From Puccinia triticina (Eukaryota): a DNA stretch of 64,000 nt. The position numbers and the translations under genes are program-made. The notes under the pieces were generated by a model. That model ran no database searches. It worked only from the letters and a program-made list of their open reading frames with translations, and had not been told where the DNA came from. The stretch is taken from NCBI GenBank assembly GCA_026914245.1, contig CP110440.1, positions 2,356,001-2,420,000 of the forward strand, written 5' to 3'. This document shows positions 55,006 to 64,000 of this stretch, in pieces (the stretch's first letter is position 1; each line of letters starts with the position of its first letter).

Positions 55006-55778
55006 GTGACAGTTCAGTGTGCATGCTGATCTGCCGCAGGCGTCTGGTTCAACTCCTCCACCTCAGCGGCAACCTCGGCGGGGGTCGGGAGTTGGAAGCC
55101 TTTGCACTCAATGTCCTGTACCATTGTAAATTCATCAAAGTAGTGGGCATCCAACCTCATGTAGAGGTTGATTTGTCTATGGTGAATATATGTTGAGTCA
55201 GAGTTTGTGGACACAAGGAATGTGGAATAAATTACTTACGCTCAAACCTCTACTGGACTGACGCAGCCAAGCATCTCTAGATGGCAATCAATCACTTGCG
55301 ACGTTTGCGTAACTTCTCAAGGTGTCAGATCTCAGGGTACCGCTTATGGTTTTTGGATGATGATGATCAATCAGTCAATGGATTTTTTTGTGGTGACGGT
55401 GGTGGTGGGAGAGAGAGGGGGAGAGAGAGGAAGAAGAGAAGGGTGTTAGGTGAGTGACTTTAAGTTTTGGTCGGACGTTCTCGAATGATGGGGGGGAGGT
55501 GAGACTGAAGCAGATCAAGAATATGTTGGTCTGGGGGTAGGACAAGGTTCTTAGCCGGTTGTAATCCTAAGGAAGATGATCAGCGAGCGCGATTTTGAGT
55601 CAGTTTGATAGTCATCTGGCTGGGATCTCTCTCTCTCTCCCAAGAGGGGGGGGGGGGGGGTAAGAAAGGATGGGTGGTGAGGGAGACTGAAATTTCTTGA
55701 CCGGTGGTATTTTACTGATGAATCTGGTTTGTTAAGGTTTGCTGTGAGGAAGAACTTGAAGGGACTTGTGGAATTTTG

Positions 55779-55851
55779 GGAACTTAACTAAGTCCCTCCC
55801 CGGGCGCGGGAGCGGGCGCTTTGCGCCCAGGAGGGACTTAAGTTAAGTTCG
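55779..55851. mobile_element. 73-bp minimal AcademH-type element (single terminal hairpin)
   Basis: GGAACTTAACTAAGTCCCTCC...GGAGGGACTTAAGTTAAGTTCG with perfect 9-bp TSD GGAATTTTG (55770-55778, 55852-55860). Confidence 0.8.
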
Positions 55852-57034
55852 GGAATTTTGCCCGGTTCAATGTTCCTGCGGCTGACCAGCAAAGACCCAG
55901 CGGTTTGCCGTCAGAACTCTTTTTACGGTCGGGCTGCCAGTTCACATGACGGGCAGCCTTGGGCAGCTGACCAACAGCCTGTGAGGATGTCGGGCTGCCG
56001 ACAATCTGGGGCGTCGGTTACCCAGCGGGTAACCGTCGAACGCCAGGGAAATACCTGGCGGCAGTCCGACGGGTGCGGAAGTGGGCGGCTAACAGTCAGG
56101 CTGACAGTCAGCCCGGCGTGGGTTGAGCCAGCGACAGTCTGCCCGGCATCAGACCGGCAGACAGGCGACGGATCGACCCAGGTCAAGCCACCGAGTGTCC
56201 TGCCGGCAACAGGCCGGCAGACCGGCGATGCTTGACCTAGGTCAGTCCGCCGTAAATCTTGACCAAAAGAAGTACGGCGGACTGACCGTCGCGAGAGCCT
56301 GCCGACGGGCTGCCCTGTATTCACACGGTAGCCCAACGTGTGCCCCTTTTATAAGGAGATGGATGTAAACCGGTTAGAGTCCGCGACTGGTTGATGGATC
56401 ACAGAGAGATGATATTGCATATAGAGAAGATAGAGAGAGAATACAAGAAACTGATAAAAGAGATAATGAAAAACGGACCTATAAGGAGATGGACGTAAAC
56501 CGGTTAGAGTCCGCGACTGGTTGATGGATCACAGAGAGATGAGGAATCAAACAGCTGCGGATACAGACTACTTATATGTACAAGATTCATGGACTACTGG
56601 GATATAGGAATGTGGAAAAAATAGATGAGAAAAATAGATGAGTAAGAAACATAGATGTAAATAAGAACTATAATCTAAATCTACACAAAGTTCTACATGT
56701 TGCTACCCCACAAACTCTACAGCCCCTCCCAACATAAAGAACTTTGACCAGAAAGAGAGATAGAAAAAAAATAAAAAATTGAAAATAAATAAAAAAATAG
56801 AAAATAAAACAAGACGGTCACAGGATCAGGAGGGAGGATTGGTGAATTCACAGAGGTTGAGGTCGGAGCAGCTGGCAAGGTTTTTTGCGGCTCCCAAACG
56901 TTTGGTGAAGATGTCGGCGAGTTGGTATTGATTCAAGATCCACAGCAGTTTGACCTTGTATTTGCGGACAAAATTGTTAACAAAATAGAACACCCGTTGT
57001 AGATAGCCGGTCTTCTTCCGGGAAGCGTTGTCGG

Positions 57035-58128
57035 CGAACTTAACACAAGTCCCTCGCTGCTGCGGGCGTCTGATCTTGCGAAGCAAGCCTCCGATAGCCC
57101 TCGGCAGGAGGGACTTGCGCGCTATCACCCCCTTTTGCAGAGCCTAGAATCCCAGTTTGGCTGGGTGGTTTATTCAAACCATCACAGTTCCTTGCCCTCA
57201 AAACCTAAAACCTTAAAAATTTGCTTGGCACAAAGCCTTGCATCTTGCGCATTAACCCACACAGTCTGAGTTGTGTTACACCACTTCTTTAAGGTTCAAT
57301 AAATTATCAAAGTCAACCAAACCTTGGAGTTTACCGAAGTTGAGTAACAGAAGAGGTCTGTGCTCTATGACTTAGACACGTATGTAGTTTTTTTTCAACT
57401 TACAGTCCAGCCTCTGAGCCCTTGATTGCCGGCAGAGACCTGCCATTGAGACCGTATAGCCCTCTGGATGACCGGTCGATACTGGTCATCAGAAGTGTCA
57501 AGTCCCCTGGATGACCGGTACAGACCGGTCATCAAAGGGATATGTACAACCTCTTGATGACCGGCTTGACATTTCCGATGACCGGTATTGACCGGTCATC
57601 GAGCGGACTCGACCCTCTCAATGACCGGTACTGTGCCGTTCATTGAAAGGGCTTTATCCTCTCGATGACCGGAACATACCGGTCATTGAGAGGGTCGAGT
57701 CCCCTCGATGACCGGTCGATCCCGCTCATCCTCAAGCTATCTGGGTGTCAAACACGCTGTGTATTGACCAGAGAGTCCATGCTCTTATTTCATAATTAAT
57801 TTCTGCAAACTTGGGCTATAGAGTCGGTAACATTCTTGAGATTTATTTGTCTTGTGTAATTTCTCAGGACATACATGTATCAGTACATAAAGAAAAAAAA
57901 ATGGAAGCCTCAGCAGTAGCATGTTGAGCTGATCTGGAGCAAAAAAAAAAAAACAAGTTTATCATGGAATGAGGGAGGTACAAGGGCAAAAGTGAAAAGT
58001 GGGGTGAAAATTACATTCTCCGTGCGCCAGAAAGGGGAGGTACGGTATAAGTCCCTCCTGCTGAGGGCTGTCGGAGGCTCGCTTCGCGAGTCACACGCCC
58101 GCAGCAGCGAGGGACTTTGTTAAGTTTG
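57035..58128. mobile_element. non-autonomous AcademH derivative (type A ends) inserted in Copia RNase H
   Basis: ~82-bp TIRs CGAACTTAACACAAGTCCCTC...GAGGGACTTTGTTAAGTTTG with perfect 9-bp TSD CGTTGTCGG. Removing the element restores ATDNASRKKT. Confidence 0.88.
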
Positions 58129-59423
58129 CGTTGTCGGTGGCCACCAGGACGGCGGCTTGATTGTCACAGAGTATCTTGTAGGTCTTCGATGGACAGGTGT
58201 CGTCCAAGACCAGCTTGATATTCGCCAGAGTCTGAGTAGCTATTGACAGGGCCACGTACTCAGCGGCGCACGTGGACATCGCGACGACCATTTGACGCTT
58301 GGAACCCCAAGTGATTGGGTTGCCGCAATGTTGAAGGAAATAACCCGTCGTCGAGCGCTCATGTTCACCGCCCCAGCCCGCATCCACAAAGAGGCGCACG
58401 GCATCATCGCCGGGCGAGAACTCGATCGTGCGGCGGGGATGTTTCTTGACATATCCCACGAGATGGTCGAGTGCTTCCCAATGTTCTTTTGAAGGTCAAC
58501 TGCTGTATCAGGCAAGCATATTGACCGCGTAGGTTATGTCTGGGCGAGTCCCACAGGCGAGATACATGAGTGATCCCAAGATGGACCGGAAAGCGGTGGG
58601 ATCAATTGGGTGGGAAGTTGATGACGTGAGAGGTTGATCCGGAAGGGTTGTGTTTTGATGGACGGCCCGCCGGTGATAGGTGGACGCCACTTGCCGGGCC
58701 AGAAGGTGCTGTTCCAGCAGAATAGAGCCTGACAAATGGTGGACATTAAAACCAACAATTTGATCTACCTCAGTTTTCCACTTGACCTCCAACTGTTCGG
58801 TGAGTTGGCAGCGGAGATTTTCCAATGCTGTCGTCGAGTTGCTGGCTATCAAGCCATCGTCAACATGCATCCAGATAAAAATAGAGACCTCATCTTTACG
58901 GTAGACATAAAGTGATGACTCAACCTGGGATGCTTCAAAACCAATGGCGCTCAGGATGGTCTTGAAATGGACCCACCAGCATCGTCCCGCCTGTTTTGTG
59001 TCATAAAGTGCTTTCTTCAGGCGGAGAACCTTCCCTTTGAGTTCAGGACGGAGTTTGGTGGGTGGTTTGACATAGACCTCCTCATCAATGGGGCTGTAGA
59101 GGTATGCCAAGCTGGCATCAAAGGAATGGAGGGTAAAACAGTGCTGGATGGTAATTGATATGAGGAGCCACAGAGTTCCGAGTGAGGCCGTCGGAGCGAA
59201 AGTATCCCCGCAATCGATCCCGGGTCGTTGAGTAAAACCCCAAGCAACGTAGCAGGCTTTGAACTTGGCGATGGCACCACTAGGATCCCGTTTCAGCGCA
59301 AACACCCAGCGCGCTCCGATGACTTTGATTCCCTTCTTGGGTTCCACCACCTCCCACACTTCCAGTTTGTCCAGCTGAGAAAGTTCTTGTTCGGCGGCGA
59401 TCCGCCAATCCAGCGAGTTGGGG

Positions 59424-59774
59424 TGTGAGTCCGCCCCCCGCGACCTCACCAAAGAAGTCACAAACATGTCACCAAACCGCCTCCGACCGAACTCTTAGAC
59501 CTTGCCGGCCCACGCCCTCCTAGTCCAGCAGGGAAGTACTAACACTTCCCCTGGACTAGGTGAGCATCCAACCCTTCTTCCTTATTCCTCTCCACTTCCT
59601 ATTCTCTCTCTATATTGTACATAGCAGGGAAGTACTAACACTTCCCCTGGACTAGATTGCAATTTATCCAGAGTTAGGTTCCAGAAGTGTCCCTCCAAGG
59701 TCTTAACCTTGTACCCCGCCCCCTTGAGCCCTCAGCTCCATCACAATCAGTGAAGCTCAATTGGAGAGCTTACA
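59424..59774. mobile_element. solo LTR inserted in Copia pol
   Basis: TGTGAG...CTTACA with 5-bp TSD TGGGG. Removing it restores TALSGPNSLDW. Confidence 0.9.
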
Positions 59775-62700
59775 TGGGGCCAGAGAGCGCCGTGTGGATA
59801 GATGTTGGCACATCGACGTCAGACCGCATGGTGATTGAGTCTACAGCCGTTTGTTGTATCTCAGCTTTGACTTCCGTGGCTTCCTGTCCAAGCACAAGGT
59901 TGTTGAGCAAAAAGGCCAAGTTGTTTTTGGTCGTCGGGATAGGGGGAAGGGGAAGGTGTTGGTAGTTGGGGAATACAGCGTTGGTTGAGTGGATGAAAGC
60001 GTTGAGGGTCTCATTATAGAAGATCCAACCTTTCTCAGAAGGCCAGTAACCCACTAGGAAGCACTCATCCGCTCGTGTATCCAATTTTCCGGAACGTTTT
60101 TTGGTAGGTTTGAAGACAAGGGCCCGGGCACCAAACGGATAAATGTATTTGGGGACCGGGATCTTGTTGTAGAGTATCTCAATGGGAGTTTTGGGGGCAA
60201 TTTGTGAGTGTGGTAGGCGGTTGTGGATGTATACTGCCACCTGTTGCGCGTAGCTCCAGAACTTCATTGGGAGTGTGCTTTGTTGTAGCATGACACGCTA
60301 CATATTGTTGATGGTCTGATTCACCCGTTCCGCTTCGCCGTTCTCTTCAGGATGATATGGGGATGAATGAGTCAGCGTCACGCCTTGTTCCTCCAGTATC
60401 CGTTCAAGCTTTTTTGACAAGAATTCTCCGCCATTATCGCATCTCAGAAATCAAGGGTATCTGCCGATTTGGTTCTTGATAGCATCAAGCCATATTTTCA
60501 ACTTGTTGGTCACATTGGATTTGTGTTTGATTGGTGCCAGCAGGGTGTACATGGAGGCGTGGTCGCGTAGAGTAAGGGAAAATTGATTCCCGTGGATGTC
60601 CTCCTCAAAGGGTCCCATGACGTCGGAAACCAGAAGGTCAAGGATATCCGATTTTGGGATGGAGGAGGGTGGTAGGAACCGTTTCCCTGTGGCTTTCGAG
60701 GCTATACACTTCTCGCAGAAGAAAGGTCACCAGTCTTTGGTTGAATTGGGGCCGATGAATCTGTCCAAGAAAATCTTGACCATCTTGTCATTTGCATGTC
60801 CAAGACATTTGTGCCAGCGTACCGTCTCCATGCTTGGTTGATTTGCCATGGACGCGATAATTATTTTGTTGGGGGGGGGTTTTGGTTTGGGCTTGGTGAT
60901 TAGATTCCAGCAGAGGTTTGAGAATGTTGTTTGGAAGGCGCGATCTTTGTGAAGAAGTGTCATCGAGCAGTCTTTGTCGAAGATAGGGCGAAAACCGTAG
61001 GTGACTAGGAAACCAAGTGATAGAATTACATAGGGAATTGAAGGGTTGTGGTACACATTCTTGATGCGGATTGTTCCACTAGGGGTCGGTATCTTCAGAC
61101 TGCCAATTCCGGTGAGCGTCATCGCAGATTTGCGGGAAGCCAAAAGAACGGGGACGGGGGTGGTTAGCCTTTGCTCAAAAGTGAAGAAGGGGGAGTTTCC
61201 GCTTACGCATGCAGAAGCTCCAGAATCCACTAGAACCGTGTCATCATGAGGGGCCGTCGTGTCGATGGCGCGCACTCTGACTGGTGCTGGTTTGGATGGA
61301 GCTTGTGCATTCGTAGAGGGATTCGAGTTAGGTGTGAGCTTTCCAACGTTGAGTTTTCCATCTTGGATATCCTGTGCCAACGTTTGACAATTGGAGGCCC
61401 AGTGTCCCGAGCGGCTACAGTAATTGCATTCAGCGCCCTTCTTGGCCATTTGACTCGCCGTTGGTGCAGTGTTCTTGAACGCGAGTGCATTTGCAAGTGC
61501 CTTGGTGCCAAAAGTCTTAGGCCTTGATGATTGTGGGTTCTGTTGGGGTCAAGTACTCGGTTGTCCTGCAGGCTGGCTCGGCTGCATGTGGTTGATGAGG
61601 ATGGGGTTTTTGGGTGTTCCAGTGTGGAGTTCTCCTTCAACTTGCGTGATTTGGGCGCAAACTGTGTCGAGTGTAGGGATGGTGGTTGAGGTATTGAGAC
61701 GGTGGTTGAGGTTGTTCCTGAACAAGTTCTCATCTACATCAATAGGTGGTCGGACAATTGATTGAAGTATCAAGCCAAAAAATTCCTCGTTTGCGATCTT
61801 CTTCTGTTGGATTTCCAGGAAGAATTCTTGAAACTGAGAGAGTAATTCGTTGTTGGATGGCTGTCGCTTGGATAAGTAGAATTCCCGTAGTTTGCCGATC
61901 AATGCCAGTTTGTTTTGACGGTCATTTTGTTTGCAACGTGCCTTGAGTTTCTCGAAGATTGTCTTTGGCTGTCGGAGAGAGTTGACGATCCCTTGCAGCT
62001 TCTTTTCTACCAATCCTCGGAGTAGTATGACCACCGCAGGTTCCTGATCATCATCGACCAGAACCCAATTTGTTGGTTTTGAAAGAAAATTTTCACACTG
62101 GAATACAAAATCAAGTGTCATATTGACTTGTCGTTCCCAGGCCGAGTAGTTTTTGCCGCTAAATTGCAGATATTCAACGTCGGAGTGGATCAAACGGTGT
62201 AGCGCCATTGGGTCCTTCATGAACTGTTTTTGATTCAGTGAGTATGTTGGCGCCGGAATCACGGTTGATTGCTCTTGTTTGAAGTGTGGGGGTTGTTTGT
62301 GGTTCGCCTTAATGTGGTTGTTGATCTTGTTGACGGCATCAATGATGTTGTTGATCTTTCCTTCAAGTTTGGTTTGCTTGAAGTCTAGTGCTCTGATTAA
62401 ATTGCGAGTTTTGTGGTTGCTGAGCTGGAGTGCTCAAAAGTTTGAGTCGGCATTGTTGAATTGCTTCACGATGTGTTCGTTGGTCAGGTCCCCGGCGTTG
62501 GCTTGGCTGATGGATGCTAAGCTGGCCAATGGGGAGCTGGATCTCTCTTTTGGTGCAGCCGATTTTCCTTTTGAGGTTGAGCCCTGTCGTTTCAACATGG
62601 TTAGCAGTAGGGGAGCTGGCTTTTGACCTATAAGGAGATGGACGTAAACCGGTTAGAGTCCGCGACTGGTTGATGGATCACAGAGAGATGATATTGCATA

Positions 62701-62998
62701 TAGAGAAGATAGAGAGAGAATACAAGAAACTGATAAAAGAGATAATGAAAAACGGACCTATGAGGAGATGGATGTAAACCGGTTAGAGTCCGCGACTGGT
62801 TGATGGATCACAGAGAGATGAGGAATCAAACAGCCGCGGATACAGACTACTTATATGTACAAGATTCATGGACTACTGGGATATAGGAATTTGGAAAAAA
62901 TAGATGAGAAAAATAGATGAGTAAGAAACATAGATGTAAATAAGAACTATAATCTAAAAAATAAGAACTATAATCTAAATCTACACAAAGTTCTACAC

Positions 62999-63500
62999 CA
63001 CGGCTGCAAGAAAAGTTTCTTGTGACCAATGTGAAAAGTTTTGGGTTTCAAAGTGGTATTTGAAAGGTTTTTGAGTTTGAGTTTGGTTTCTAGAAAAGTT
63101 TCTGGGTGTGAAAAGTTTTTCTGAAAAGTTTCACGGTTCCAATGCAGTTCCAGAGAAGTTTCATGGTTTCCAAATGGTTGTCAAAGAAGTTTTGAGTTTT
63201 CAGATGGTTTTGAGAAAGTTTCTGCCCTCCCTGAAAAGTTTCCGGAAAGTTTTTAGGTTCCAGAAACTTTTGGGCAGAACTTTTGGTGCCAAAACATTTC
63301 AATGTGGTTTCTGCAGAACTTCTTGCGGAACTTTATTGCACAAAAAGTTTCATATTGGTTTGGCCGCCCCAAGAAGTTGGGGAAACCTTTCTTGAGAACA
63401 AGAAAGTTTCTGAAACCACATTGGGTGGTTTCAGAATCTTTCTCTTCCTCAAGAAAAGTTTCTACCCTGTGTCAAAACCTTTCTTCTGGGAAAAGCCTGG
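62999..63500. mobile_element. probable left end of a CAC-starting (CACTA/EnSpm-like) element with GAAAAGTTTC subterminal repeats
   Basis: Begins CACGG just after Copia LTR homology stops, followed by many GAAAAGTTT / GAAACTTT motifs in both orientations. The other end is not in the window. Confidence 0.45.
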
Positions 63501-64000
63501 ATGTGCTGGATTCCCACAAGCCCAATGCCAACTGGAGTCTGGAAAATTCAAGTGCCCTCTTCCCCCCTTGACACATTGCTTCACCCGCCGTTCCTCCCTT
63601 TGCACCAAGTCAACCATCCACACCGGCCGCTTCCCCCTTCATCCCAAGTCAAGCACTTCTGCCCTGTGAACTTGAGCCCCCCATGTGATTCCTCTCCCCT
63701 TTTTTTGGCAGATATTTGAGAAAGGATGAAGTTGCGAGCGCTAATCAGGCACAATTGAATAACCTTGTGGCGTTACAGGCCAGAGAAGGGTTTTAGGGGC
63801 TACTGCACCAAGGCGGGCGAGCATGCGGATCCGTCAACTGTATTTATCTTCTGTTTAGGTTTAGCAGTTGTATCGGCTCCGCTTCTCTTTTCTTCATTCA
63901 CTCATCCGTTTTCTTGCCTCACTCCTCACGCACCTCAATAGGTGCATAAATCGCCCCATTCTCTTTTCTCATCGTCTCGGCCTCCCATAATCGGCCCTTC

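Larger units (their letters stand above)
56826..62598 (-). pseudogene. Copia gag-pol (stops, frameshifts, insertions)
   Basis: Zn knuckle CNYCSRSGHWASNC, protease VLVDSGAS, GAG-pre-integrase WHKCLGH, integrase core near 60300-60450, RT VIGARWVF...HVDDGL, and RNase H FVDAGWG...CDNQAA. Confidence 0.92.
56350..62997 (-). mobile_element. Ty1/Copia LTR retrotransposon, degenerate, with two nested insertions
   Basis: LTR copies at 56350-~56721 and 62629-62997 (the latter truncated at its outer end). PPT-like GGGAGGGG next to 56721. Domain order gag-PR-IN-RT-RH. Confidence 0.93.

Noticed and set aside
54185..56340. GC-rich segments starting CACGG as a complete CACTA-like element or gene
   Set aside because: No matching terminus, TSD or recognisable coding motif could be established.

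Overview
This is eukaryotic, intron-containing and transposon-dense DNA, most likely from a rust fungus (Pucciniales, Puccinia-like). That assignment is inferred from gene structure and TE types, not from a database search. Host genes: VPS34 class III PI3-kinase (19881-23711 +), a Slt2/Mpk1-type MAP kinase (50094-47808 -), a small multi-pass membrane protein (30851-31688 +), a large lineage-specific gene (~17737-14918 -), and three paralogous 4-exon genes encoding signal-peptide-like N-terminus + RING-HC + C-terminal transmembrane helix (26.3, 39.8 and 45.3 kb). Mobile DNA: a full-length but nonsense-inactivated AcademH transposon (3647-9814; transposase + RecQ-like helicase, 9-bp TSD) with several non-autonomous relatives; an apparently intact DD34E Tc1/IS630-like element carrying a second 3-exon gene (9916-14113); a degenerate Copia element with nested insertions (56350-62997); solo LTRs; and hAT, CACTA-like and Harbinger-type MITEs. 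The most notable signals are (i) AcademH ends that form branched or T-shaped hairpins with covarying triloop (often GCGAAGC) arms, including a 73-bp single-hairpin element with its own 9-bp TSD, and (ii) the SP-RING-TM family, whose predicted topology places the RING on the luminal/extracellular side. All coordinates were read by eye.
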